A DNA stretch of 64,000 nt from contig CADAFS010000003.1 of the NCBI GenBank assembly GCA_902787305.1, positions 7,119 to 71,118 of the forward strand, given 5' to 3'. The notes below the pieces were generated by a model. The model was not told the origin of the DNA, did not search any database, and saw only the letters and a program-made list of their open reading frames with translations. Positions 37,190-47,773 of the stretch are shown here, one piece after another. The translations under genes and the position numbers were made by a program. The DNA comes from an uncultured Pseudomonadota bacterium. GTDB lineage: Bacteria > Pseudomonadota > Alphaproteobacteria > Rs-D84. Position 1 is the first letter of the stretch, and every line of letters begins with the position of its first letter.

Positions 37190-37261
37190 CATCCGAATCC
37201 CGTTTATGTTTTTTCTAAAATTATATTTGCATTCGTTTCATTTTGTTTATCTGGAATCTTG

Positions 37262-37329
37262 TCCGCCTTCGCCAAGGCTACGGCGAGACACTGAATTTTC
37301 AGCCCTTGCTACGCTTCGGTGAAAATTCG
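37262..37329 (-). repeat. Partial/variant REP-like element abutting the 3' end of tRNA-Val
   Basis: TCCGCCTTCGCCAAGGCTACGGCGAGAC matches the E/D-type arm. Hairpin 1 is replaced by GAATTTTC-N20-GAAAATTC. Confidence 0.5.
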
Positions 37330-37406
37330 TGGTGGGTGGTATTGGACTCGAACCAACGACCTTTACGATGTCAACGTAACGCTCTAACCAACTGAGCTAA
37401 CCACCC
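37330..37406 (-). tRNA. tRNA-Val (anticodon GAC), CCA encoded
   Basis: Hand-folded cloverleaf: acceptor GGGTGGT/ACCACCC, D arm GCTC-AGTTGGTTA-GAGC, anticodon arm TTACG-TTGACAT-CGTAA, T arm GTTGG-TTCGAGT-CCAAT, A73-CCA. Confidence 0.9.
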
Positions 37407-37449
37407 AAACAGAACGCATTATAACAAAGAAAATCCCGATTGCAAGAAT

Positions 37450-37677
37450 TTAGTGTTCGGTTTCGTTTTGCGGAAAACCGTCAACCGTTCCCATCAATTC
37501 GCGTTCGATATCGATTCCCATCTTCTCCAATTCGTCTTCCATTTTCGACAGAATCAATTTCAACAACAAATACATTTCGCCGATTGTCATAGGATTTTGC
37601 GGCTGTTCATAGTAACGATACAGTGTTTTTATAACCGTTTGCGGTATTGGATTATTTGTGATTACCCGGCTAAACAT
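37450..37677 (-). CDS. Small conserved protein, cassette copy 2 (75 aa)
   Basis: MFSRVITNNPIPQTVIKTLYRYYEQPQNPMTIGEMYLLLKLILSKMEDELEKMGIDIEREL, paralog of 14470..14697 and 58089..58298. Confidence 0.65.
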   Translation of the reverse strand: MFSRVITNNPIPQTVIKTLYRYYEQPQNPMTIGEMYLLLKLILSKMEDELEKMGIDIERELMGTVDGFPQNETEH

Positions 37678-37730
37678 TATTTTCACCTTTGTTAAAAAAC
37701 ATTTGCGAACTCCAACCGGTTCCATTGCAA
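37678..37730 (-). promoter_or_regulatory. Truncated leader of cassette copy 2
   Basis: Retains GCAATGG, GGTTGGAGTTCGC and CAAATGTTTTTT segments; the central ~130 nt are absent. Confidence 0.4.
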
Positions 37731-37735
37731 ACATC

Positions 37736-37764
37736 ATTATACTAAAACGCCCAAAATATTACAA
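37736..37764 (-). promoter_or_regulatory. Promoter of cassette copy 2 (TTGTAA-17-TATAAT)
   Basis: Hexamers read on the complement. The upstream TTTTTCATTG context is shared with the other copies. Confidence 0.6.
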
Positions 37765-37811
37765 TGAAAAACCAAAAAATACCATAGGAAAGAAGTCCGT
37801 ATATCCGCACC

Positions 37812-37841
37812 AAAAAATAAAAACGGGCGCCCCCGCGCCCG
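37812..37841 (-). terminator. Terminator downstream of mreB and REP copy C
   Basis: CGGGCGC-GGGG-GCGCCCG followed by TTTTTATTTTTT on the complement. Confidence 0.75.
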
Positions 37842-37877
37842 CACCCGTCGCGGCACGCCGCGCCGCGGTCGTGACGG

Positions 37878-39488
<1,611 letters not shown>

Positions 39489-39505
<17 letters not shown>

Positions 39506-39725
39506 AATTCCGGCCTATGTGGGGCTGGGGTTAATCTGGGTTTACCAACATTTTATATCGCCGGCGTTTGGGGGACGCGCGGTTTGTCGATTTACCCCGA
39601 CATGCAGTGAATATACCAAAACGGCGATTTTACGATATGGACTTATTCGTGGCACATATATGGGAATACGCCGAATTTTGCGCTGTCGCCCGGGCGGGGA
39701 CTTTGGTTTTGACCCCGTGCCTTGA
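39489..39725 (+). CDS. yidD: Membrane protein insertion efficiency factor YidD
   Basis: YQHFISP...[10 protein letters not shown]...[14 protein letters not shown]. Confidence 0.88.
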
Positions 39726-39790
39726 CAATTGGGGGATTAAAGATTAAAATTCGGATAACATACCAAGAATTTATACAAAAGGATAAAGAA

Positions 39791-40231
39791 ATGTCATTTC
39801 GTTCAACCGTAGAATCCATGTCAAAGATTATGGACGATATGGGAATCACTGAACTTGATTTGGAACGCCAGTTTTTGTTTGGCGTGTATCGTAAACATAT
39901 TCATCTTTCAAAGCAATCGGGTATCACAATGCCGACATTGCCGGTGTCCGAAAACGCAAAACATACAAACAGTGAACCGGCCAATGCGACCACATCGGGC
40001 TATGCCCTAAAATCGCCAATGGTTGGTGTTGCGTACCTTGCCCCGGAACCGGGCGCAAAGCCGTTTACCAAGGTCGGTGCATCGATAAAGGCCGGCGATA
40101 CCGTGATTTTGGTAGAGGCGATGAAGACCTTTAACCCGATAAAGTCCGACAAAGACGGTGTCGTCAAAGAAATTTTGGTGACAGACGGCCAGGCGGTAGA
40201 ATTTGACCAACCATTGATAATTATTGAATAA
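39791..40231 (+). CDS. accB: Biotin carboxyl carrier protein of acetyl-CoA carboxylase
   Basis: Biotinyl-lysine motif VEAMKTFN, upstream of accC. Start moved to the Met at 39791. Confidence 0.88.
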   Translation: MSFRSTVESMSKIMDDMGITELDLERQFLFGVYRKHIHLSKQSGITMPTLPVSENAKHTNSEPANATTSGYALKSPMVGVAYLAPEPGAKPFTKVGASIKAGDTVILVEAMKTFNPIKSDKDGVVKEILVTDGQAVEFDQPLIIIE

Positions 40232-40239
40232 GAAAAACT

Positions 40240-41598
40240 ATGCCAAAGATAAAGAAAGTTTTAATTGCCAATCGTGGCGAAATTGCGTTGCGAATAATTC
40301 GCGCGTGCCGCGATATGGGTATTCGAACGGTTGCGGTGTATTCTACCGTGGACCGCGATGCAATGCATGTGCAATTGGCGGACGAATCCGTGTGCATTGG
40401 CCCCGGACCGTCCAAAGAATCATACCTTAATGAATCTGCGATATTGACGGCGGCACTGCTGACCAACGCGGACGCAATTCATCCCGGTTACGGGTTTTTG
40501 TCTGAACGCGCGGACTTTGTGCAAAAGGTTGAACAGCATGGCCTGATATGGATTGGGCCGGACGCGGCGATGATAAATAAAATGGGCGACAAAGTGAACG
40601 CAAAAAAGACCGCGATTGAATGCGGATTGCCGGTTGTGCCGGGGTCTGATGGCGCGGTCGACACGGTCGAAGACGCACTAAAATGGGCAAAAAAAATCGG
40701 ATATCCGGTTATGTTAAAGGCGGCGGCCGGTGGTGGTGGTCGTGGAATGCGCCCCGTTATGTCTGCGGACGAAATGGGCGAAGCGTTTGAAATTACCAAG
40801 AACGAGGCACGCAGTGGTTTCGGCGATGATACACTTTATATAGAAAAACTTTTGTTGCACCCGCGGCATATTGAATTTCAGGTTTTGGGCGATAAACACG
40901 GCAATGTTGTTATCTTTGGCGAACGCGATTGTTCGTTGCAACGCAAAAATCAAAAACTTATGGAGGAATGCCCCGCCGCCGCACTTACACAAAAACAGCG
41001 CGACGATATGATTGAAATTTGCAAAACGGCGGCAAAGAAAATGGGCTATACCAACGCCGGCACATTTGAATTTATGTACGAAGATGGCAAGTTTTATTTT
41101 CTTGAAATGAACACGCGGCTTCAGGTTGAACATCCCGTAACCGAAATGGTGTATGGTGTTGACTTGGTGCGCGAACAAATTCGCGTTGCGGCGGGTGAAA
41201 AGTTGGGCTATACCCAGGCAAATGTTATCCCGCATGGCCACGCGATTGAATTCAGAATCAATGCCGAAGATCCAACGGACTTTGTCCCCTGCCCCGGCAA
41301 AATTACGCTTTATGCACCGTCTGGCGGGCTTGGCGTGCGGGTGGACAGCGCGGTTTACACTGGATACACAATTCCACCGACATACGATTCAATGATTGCA
41401 AAGTTGATTGTTCATGCGCAAACGCGGTCTGCGTGTATTATGCGTGCGGAACGCGCACTGGACGAATTTGTTATCGAAGGTGTGAAAACAACAATCCCGC
41501 TGCAAAAGAAATTGCTAAACAACCGCGACGTCCGGACACTAAATTTTGATAATCATTGGTTGGAAGCATATTTGAAAAAAGAAAATAAAAAGAAGTGA
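40240..41598 (+). CDS. accC: Biotin carboxylase
   Basis: KVLIANRGEIALRIIRA, ATP-grasp motifs, 452 aa. Confidence 0.95.
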   Translation: MPKIKKVLIANRGEIALRIIRACRDMGIRTVAVYSTVDRDAMHVQLADESVCIGPGPSKESYLNESAILTAALLTNADAIHPGYGFLSERADFVQKVEQHGLIWIGPDAAMINKMGDKVNAKKTAIECGLPVVPGSDGAVDTVEDALKWAKKIGYPVMLKAAAGGGGRGMRPVMSADEMGEAFEITKNEARSGFGDDTLYIEKLLLHPRHIEFQVLGDKHGNVVIFGERDCSLQRKNQKLMEECPAAALTQKQRDDMIEICKTAAKKMGYTNAGTFEFMYEDGKFYFLEMNTRLQVEHPVTEMVYGVDLVREQIRVAAGEKLGYTQANVIPHGHAIEFRINAEDPTDFVPCPGKITLYAPSGGLGVRVDSAVYTGYTIPPTYDSMIAKLIVHAQTRSACIMRAERALDEFVIEGVKTTIPLQKKLLNNRDVRTLNFDNHWLEAYLKKENKKK

Positions 41599-41660
41599 TC
41601 CGTCTCCGCTTCGCTACGCCGAGACTGCGCCAGGGCTTTGCCCTGGCTTGGTGTAAGTGT
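41596..41660 (-). repeat. Double-hairpin REP-like element, copy D (short)
   Basis: GATCCGTCTCCGCTTCGCTACGCCGAGACTGCGCCAGGGCTTTGCCCTGGCTTGGTGTAAGTG. Begins at the accC stop codon. Confidence 0.75.
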
Positions 41661-41703
41661 GTCGCCGGCGGTTTTTCTAAATAACGAATCGTCTCAAAAA
41701 AAC

Positions 41704-41732
41704 TTGCAAATCGTCTTAAAAAATGATACGAT
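41704..41732 (+). promoter_or_regulatory. Putative fic promoter (TTGCAA-17-TACGAT) overlapped by AATCGTCT repeats
   Basis: Hexamers read directly. 10-mers at 41687, 41709 and (inverted) 41746. Confidence 0.45.
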
Positions 41733-41755
41733 TCTAGCACAAAAGTGAGACGATT

Positions 41756-42775
41756 ATGGAGAAACGCCAAAATCTTATACTGGAATTTATAAAAAAGCAC
41801 CCAAATACCAACAGTGGAGCAATTGTTGAATTTATATCACAACAAATGCCGGGAAAAAGTTCCCGACCGACCGTGTTACGTGATATTGATGCGCTGATTG
41901 CCGATGGTAAAGTCGTAAAATTTGGTTCCGCGCGTGCAACAACATATGCCGTGGTTATTGATATAGAAAATTATTTTGCCATTGATCCGGACAAACGGGT
42001 ATTAAAAACAGAGTATTTCAACTTTGATATTTGGGGCGAAATGCACGATTTGTTCACCGCAAAAGAATTATCCGAATTGGACAAAATTAACGATACATAC
42101 AGGAAAAATAAATCGGAATTATCCGCCACCGCATTAAAGAAAGAAATTGAACGCCTTACCATAGAATTTGCATGGAAATCATCTAAAATTGAAGGTAATA
42201 CCTATACTTTACTTGATACAGAACGTTTGATACGGGACAAAGAAGAAGCGACGGGAAAAAAGAAAGACGAAGCAATAATGATTTTGAATCACAAAGTTGC
42301 ATTGGACTTTATTTTTGCCAATCCCGATTTGTTTCAACATATTACCATTGCAAAAATAGAACATATCCACAAATTGCTGACCGATGGTTTAGAAATTAGC
42401 GGTGGCGTTCGTCAAAGACGGGTTGGTATAACCGGCACAAATTACAGACCAATCGATAACAGACAACAAATTATGGAAGCGTTGGAACGTCTGGTAAAAC
42501 TGATAAACGAATTGAAACATCCGCTGGAAAAAGCATTGGCGGCGGTTTTAATGATTTCATATATTCAACCGTTCGAAGATGGCAACAAACGTACTGCACG
42601 AACAATAGGTAATGCATTATTGTTGGCGTTTGACTATTGCCCATTGTCGTATCGCAGTGCCGATGAAATAGAATACAAGAAAGGTATGATATTATTCTAT
42701 GAACAGAATGATTTCGCATATTTCAAAAAAATATTCATCGACCAGTTCAAACAAGGAATTGAAAAGTACTTTTGA
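41756..42775 (+). CDS. Fic-family protein with N-terminal wHTH; Fic motif reads QPFEDGNKRTAR (His replaced by Gln)
   Basis: Fic core motif and inhibitory-type SSKIEG motif. Gln codon CAA at 42566..42568. Confidence 0.8.
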   Translation: MEKRQNLILEFIKKHPNTNSGAIVEFISQQMPGKSSRPTVLRDIDALIADGKVVKFGSARATTYAVVIDIENYFAIDPDKRVLKTEYFNFDIWGEMHDLFTAKELSELDKINDTYRKNKSELSATALKKEIERLTIEFAWKSSKIEGNTYTLLDTERLIRDKEEATGKKKDEAIMILNHKVALDFIFANPDLFQHITIAKIEHIHKLLTDGLEISGGVRQRRVGITGTNYRPIDNRQQIMEALERLVKLINELKHPLEKALAAVLMISYIQPFEDGNKRTARTIGNALLLAFDYCPLSYRSADEIEYKKGMILFYEQNDFAYFKKIFIDQFKQGIEKYF

Positions 42776-42862
42776 AAAAGAATTTACTAGACAAAAAGAT
42801 GCAGGTTTTTTGATAATAGTTATGTATCAAGATATTATTAGCACAAACAATGGGGATATAAA

Positions 42863-43267
42863 ATGAAATGGTGTTCAGACGTTGAAAAATTTAAAAGTTT
42901 AATAATGGATGTTGAAATTGCCTATGAAATACGTATGCATAGAGCTAACTGGGATAAAAAATACTATAAAACACCAGAAGAATGCCTAAATTTATTACAG
43001 GAGGCAGAAACATTAATAACAACTGATGAGAAGCATAAGCTTTCGTTCAAAGCAATTTTTCTATTAAGAAAATTTTATGAGTTAAAAGGACAGGTATTAA
43101 TTTTGTTGAAACAGCCCTACGAAGCTTATTCTGCACTAAAAGATGCTTTATACGTCTCTAGAAAAGATGTTTTAGAAAATAGACTTAGTGTATTATTTTA
43201 TACAATACTCGGTGGCTTGATTGGTTGGTATTGTGTTATATTACCAATGTTAAACAAAATATTTTAA
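42863..43267 (+). CDS. Hypothetical tail-anchored protein (134 aa)
   Basis: ORF in a strongly A+T-rich stretch with a C-terminal hydrophobic helix. Confidence 0.4.
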   Translation: MKWCSDVEKFKSLIMDVEIAYEIRMHRANWDKKYYKTPEECLNLLQEAETLITTDEKHKLSFKAIFLLRKFYELKGQVLILLKQPYEAYSALKDALYVSRKDVLENRLSVLFYTILGGLIGWYCVILPMLNKIF

Positions 43268-43365
43268 AAGCTACATATTTGGTTATACAAAAAATCGAAT
43301 GCCCTTAAAACACATGAACTAACTTAGATATTAAAAAAACAATAAAAACGCCTGTATTTGCGGGT

Positions 43366-43440
43366 GGTACTAGCCACTAACACCAAGCCGGGGCAAAGCC
43401 CTGGCGCAGTCTCGCCGTAGCCGCAGGCGAAGGCGGATTA
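43366..43440 (+). repeat. Double-hairpin REP-like element, copy E
   Basis: CACCAAGCCGGGGCAAAGCCCTGGCGCAGTCTCGCCGTAGCCGCAGGCGAAGGCGGATTA. The last 3 nt are the sspB stop (complement). Confidence 0.75.
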
Positions 43441-43902
43441 TTTCTTTCTCTTCCTAAACTCGTCCAATGACACAACGCGGCCGTCGTCGGGTATTGTGTC
43501 GCCTGTGCCGTCTAATGGTAATTCAATATCGTTATCCGGCGCGTTGCGTTCGGGGCCTTTGTGGAAAGATAACATAAAATCAACCGATGGATCTTTGAAT
43601 TCAACCAATGCCGAAAACGGAACGCGAATAAAGAACGGCCGCCCATCAAATGTCAGTTGCACGCCAAATTCTTTGTCCGATACATGCAAATTATTATACG
43701 AATACTGCAACACAATCGTCATAATGTCTGGATACCGTATACGCAGGAAATCCGGCAACACAACCCCCGCATCATGCGTGCGAAATGTTATAAAAAAATG
43801 CATCCCGTCCCCAAGGCCGTTTATCTGTGCATGAATCAATGCTTCGCGCACAACGGATTTTAACGCGTTATCTAACAATGATTGATAATCAATTCGTGCC
43901 AT
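43438..43902 (-). CDS. sspB: SspB-like ClpXP adaptor (alphaproteobacterial type)
   Basis: Eye alignment with Caulobacter SspB-alpha (HFFITF..., MTIVLQ..., DPSVDFMLSF). Confidence 0.75.
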   Translation of the reverse strand: MARIDYQSLLDNALKSVVREALIHAQINGLGDGMHFFITFRTHDAGVVLPDFLRIRYPDIMTIVLQYSYNNLHVSDKEFGVQLTFDGRPFFIRVPFSALVEFKDPSVDFMLSFHKGPERNAPDNDIELPLDGTGDTIPDDGRVVSLDEFRKRKK

Positions 43903-44988
43903 TTATTCTTCCCCTTGTCCATCGATTATAGGACTTACTTTATCCCTTGTGCAAGTGACAAATGTTGCGTCCGAAATATCGGTAAAATTATTCGCATCTA
44001 TGCCGGTTGCCCAAACCTGGGCCGATGCATCGCGCAGTTCGTCAAATAATTTTTTGCGCGCGTTTTTATCCAAATGCGCAACCGCTTCGTCAAGCAAGAT
44101 TATCGGATTTGCACCTGTCTTGGTATGAACAAGTTTCGCATGCGCCAATATCATTTTTAATAACAATGTTTTCTGCTGGCCGGTGCTGGTAAGGTTTGCC
44201 GGCAAATTTAATTCGCGGTTGAATACCCCAAAGTCCGATTTGTTTACACCGTCCAAAACCATTTTATCGTTTACCAATTCGCGATTGTTTCTAAGATAAT
44301 CTAAATACTTTCTTTCGGCCGCGCCCGCGCCGGATTCCATAATCATCGATTCAACCAACCCATCAACCGAAACGGCGGCATCGGTTAAAAAGAAATTTAT
44401 TTCGCCGGCGTATTGAATACGTGCGGCGGCAATCGCAACCGCGGTCGCGGCAATTTGCGCGTCCAATGCATCAACCCATTTTGCATTTGCGCCCGCCTTT
44501 AATGCACCCGCCCTTTCGGACAGCAATTTCGCATGTCGCGCCACGCGCCCGCCGTGCGCGGAATCAAAACTTGCGACCAATCTATCAAAAAACGCACGCC
44601 TATCGGACGCGGCATCAATAAAGATTCTATCTTCGCGTGGGGTTATCCAAACAATTCGTGTGTGTGATGCCAAATCGGACAGTGTTGCCGCATCGCCGTC
44701 AATCCGCGCATGCCGGTTTGAATCGCCATTGTTAAAATAGACACAAATTTCCGTATCATCACAAAGTTCCGCAATTACCGAAAAACCACCATCGCCATCG
44801 AAACGTGCAATATCTGTCATTGGTGCGCCGCGCATACCGCGGTCGCCGGACAGCATGGATACGGCCTCTATGATTGCGGTCTTGCCGGTTCCGTTTGCAC
44901 CGGTAATGATAATGTTCCTGTGCCCACCCGTCGCAAAACGGCACGAAGTATGATTTCGAAAATTGGTCAACGCAAGGTTTTTAATCAT
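43903..44988 (-). CDS. recF: DNA replication and repair protein RecF
   Basis: LTNFRNH, GANGTGKTAIIEA Walker A, C-terminal LLDEAVAHLD. Confidence 0.9.
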   Translation of the reverse strand: MIKNLALTNFRNHTSCRFATGGHRNIIITGANGTGKTAIIEAVSMLSGDRGMRGAPMTDIARFDGDGGFSVIAELCDDTEICVYFNNGDSNRHARIDGDAATLSDLASHTRIVWITPREDRIFIDAASDRRAFFDRLVASFDSAHGGRVARHAKLLSERAGALKAGANAKWVDALDAQIAATAVAIAAARIQYAGEINFFLTDAAVSVDGLVESMIMESGAGAAERKYLDYLRNNRELVNDKMVLDGVNKSDFGVFNRELNLPANLTSTGQQKTLLLKMILAHAKLVHTKTGANPIILLDEAVAHLDKNARKKLFDELRDASAQVWATGIDANNFTDISDATFVTCTRDKVSPIIDGQGEE

Positions 44989-45065
44989 ATTTTTATCAAT
45001 AATTTATTGATTCAGATTAAAAACTTTTATGATGTTTTGCAAGTATAAAAAATCCCGGAAAACAA

Positions 45066-45092
45066 AGAAAAAAAGCGACATTGTCGCCCTTT
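45066..45092 (-). terminator. Weak terminator after tRNA-Cys
   Basis: GCGAC-AAT-GTCGC (5 bp) followed by T7 on the complement. Confidence 0.5.
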
Positions 45093-45098
45093 GAAAAT

Positions 45099-45172
45099 TG
45101 GAGGCTTGGGTCGGAATCGAACCGGCATACAAGGATTTGCAGTCCTCTGCATAACCACTCTGCCACCAAGCC
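45099..45172 (-). tRNA. tRNA-Cys (anticodon GCA), CCA encoded
   Basis: Acceptor GGCTTGG/CCAAGCC, anticodon arm GAGGA-CTGCAAA-TCCTT, T loop TTCGATT, U73-CCA. One C-A mismatch in the T stem. Confidence 0.8.
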
Positions 45173-45258
45173 ATGCATAGCCATTTTATCCTAGCAAAAT
45201 AAATTTATTTTTCAACATAAAAAATATATAATGAAAACACCAAAAGGTCAAGTGGGAA

Positions 45259-46584
45259 ATGAATTTTACAAAACTTTCTTTACTGCTGGTTTTTATTCCT
45301 ATGTTCGCGCATGGCGGGAACGATGATTGTGTGTCGCGAAAAACCGTGTCGGACAAAGTATTGGATTTGTCTATGGTTGTTGAACTTGGGCTTTGTCGCA
45401 ATCCGGAAACCATGTCGGCGTATTATGCGATGGAATCGGCGCGGTATAATAAAAACGCAGGGTACGCAAGTTATTTGCCGGCGGTAAATGGAAGTGCCGA
45501 TATAAACAAAAACTATCAAAATCATGATTGGCAAGATTGGCAATATGGCGCATCGATTTCCGCATCGTATTTGATATTTGACTTCGGCAAAAGGTTGGCG
45601 GATTTGAACCAATTGTCGTCCACATGGCGCGCGATGGGTTTTGACTATGACGACCGTGTGCAAAACTATGTATACGGCGTAATTGGTGCATATTACGCGT
45701 TGCTAAACGCGGACGCGGATGTTGAAAGCGCGCGGTCACTTCGCGCCGTTGCCCAGGTTGCACTTGATACAGCAAACAAAAAATATAAGGCCGGTGTTGT
45801 CGCGCGCGCCGATGTATTAAAGGCGGAAACCGCAATGGCAAGTCGCAATCTGGATTTGGAACGTGCAAAAAATAATCGCGCGGTGGCCAAAGGCGTGCTG
45901 CTTACGAAACTTTCTTTTCCGGCGGACGGTGAAATTACAATTGCGGATATGTCGGGCGATTTTGGGCGTGTGCGCGAAAATCGTGGCATTGATGAACTTA
46001 TTGCGATTGCGCGTGAAAAGCGCCCTGACCTGTTGCGTGCGGCGGCAAACAAAGACGCCGCGTGGCATCGCCGTAATTCAATGTTTTTGAAAAATTTACC
46101 AAGTATAAGTGCGACCGGAACACTTTCGTGGCGCGACAACAATCGGGATTATATTTACGACGACAATGCACACACCGGCGGCAGTATTGGTATCCGTGCA
46201 TCCATGCCGATATTCGCCGGGTTTGCAAATATGTATGGCGTAAAAAGTGCAACGGCATCATATGATGCGGCAACGGAAAATCTGCGCACAACGAAAGACA
46301 ATGCAACGCTTGATGTATTCACGGCATATCAAAATTATAAAACCGCCCAAACCGTTTTATCACAAACGGAAACATTACTAAAATCCGCCACGGAATCAGA
46401 ACGCGTGACCGCCGGCATGTATCGGGTTGGACGCGCAACAATGCTTGATTGGCAAACGGCGCAATCGGAACTTGTGTCCGCGCAAAAGCAAAACAACGCG
46501 GCGAAATACGATTTGTTTGTAAAGCGTGCGGCGGTGGCACTTGCCATTGGCGATATAAAATCGGAAATTGAAAAGGAACAATAA
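45259..46584 (+). CDS. TolC-family outer membrane efflux protein
   Basis: Signal peptide, two OEP repeats, first gene of the efflux operon. Confidence 0.8.
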   Translation: MNFTKLSLLLVFIPMFAHGGNDDCVSRKTVSDKVLDLSMVVELGLCRNPETMSAYYAMESARYNKNAGYASYLPAVNGSADINKNYQNHDWQDWQYGASISASYLIFDFGKRLADLNQLSSTWRAMGFDYDDRVQNYVYGVIGAYYALLNADADVESARSLRAVAQVALDTANKKYKAGVVARADVLKAETAMASRNLDLERAKNNRAVAKGVLLTKLSFPADGEITIADMSGDFGRVRENRGIDELIAIAREKRPDLLRAAANKDAAWHRRNSMFLKNLPSISATGTLSWRDNNRDYIYDDNAHTGGSIGIRASMPIFAGFANMYGVKSATASYDAATENLRTTKDNATLDVFTAYQNYKTAQTVLSQTETLLKSATESERVTAGMYRVGRATMLDWQTAQSELVSAQKQNNAAKYDLFVKRAAVALAIGDIKSEIEKEQ

Positions 46585-47768
46585 TGGCGAAAGAAAAAAG
46601 GCGGTCTTTTATTCGTCGATTTTTTGGTTGGATTTGGCGACACAAATGGTGGGCGCTTGCGGTCGTCATAATTTTATTGATTGGCGGCACATGGTGGATT
46701 ATCGCGTCAATTGGTGACAGGGTTGAATATGTGACCGTTGGTGTCACGCGTGGTGATATAAAACATGTTGTGACCGCAACCGGCGAAATAAACCCGGTAA
46801 ATACCGTAAGTGTTGGTTCGCAAGTTTCCGGCACAATTGAAAACATCTATGTCGATTATAATTCGCGCGTGACCAAGGGACAATTATTGCTTGAAATCGA
46901 ACCGTCTGTATTACAGGCGACCGTTGATGAATCGCTTGCCGCATTGGAATCGGCGAAATCGCAATTAAACCTTGCGAAAAATGATTATGAACGAAATAAA
47001 ACACTGTATGATTCCGGATATATTGCGCGCGCGGAAATGGAACAATCGCAAACCAATTATGAACAGGCCGCACAAAGTGTAAAGCGTATGGAATCGCAAT
47101 ATGAACGCGCGGTGACGAACCTTTCGTATGCAACAATAACTTCGCCGGTCGATGGCACGGTTATTTCGCGCAAGGTTGATAAAGGTCAAACAGTTGCCGC
47201 GTCGTTTCAAACCCCCGATCTGTTCGAAATTGCCGAAGATTTATCGAAAATGCAAATCGAAACCGCCGTATCAGAGGCCGATATCGGTGTTATCAAAGAA
47301 GGTCAAAATGTCACCTTTACCGTTGACGCATACCCACGAAAAACATTTAACGGTATTGTGAAACAGGTTCGCCTTTCGCCGACAACAACATCAAATGTCG
47401 TGGTATATACCGTTGTGATTGATGTGGATAATTCTGATTTGAACCTTATGCCCGGTATGACCGCGTTTGTGACGATAATGATAGATTCGGCGGCCGATGT
47501 TTGGAAAACACAAAACGCGGCGTTCCTTGTTCGAAATTTCAAAAATATCATCGTTGATGCGCCGGACAATGTAAGTCCAAACGAATACATTGCGGTCCTG
47601 CGCGATGATAAACCAGTGTTTATTAAATACACCAAGGGTTTAATAACCGCAACCGAAACACAAATTGTGTCCGATGAATTAAAGGCGGATGACCGCATAA
47701 TCGTTGGACGCGTGGGTCAATCAACAAGTTCCGCCGCAACCGCGGCGCGCCGGCGCGGACCGTTCTAA
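46584..47768 (+). CDS. HlyD/MacA-family periplasmic adaptor
   Basis: N-terminal TM, lipoyl/coiled-coil/beta-barrel order, ATITSPVDGTV motif. Start overlaps the upstream stop. Confidence 0.85.
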   Translation: MAKEKRRSFIRRFFGWIWRHKWWALAVVIILLIGGTWWIIASIGDRVEYVTVGVTRGDIKHVVTATGEINPVNTVSVGSQVSGTIENIYVDYNSRVTKGQLLLEIEPSVLQATVDESLAALESAKSQLNLAKNDYERNKTLYDSGYIARAEMEQSQTNYEQAAQSVKRMESQYERAVTNLSYATITSPVDGTVISRKVDKGQTVAASFQTPDLFEIAEDLSKMQIETAVSEADIGVIKEGQNVTFTVDAYPRKTFNGIVKQVRLSPTTTSNVVVYTVVIDVDNSDLNLMPGMTAFVTIMIDSAADVWKTQNAAFLVRNFKNIIVDAPDNVSPNEYIAVLRDDKPVFIKYTKGLITATETQIVSDELKADDRIIVGRVGQSTSSAATAARRRGPF

Positions 47769-47773
47769 GGCAA

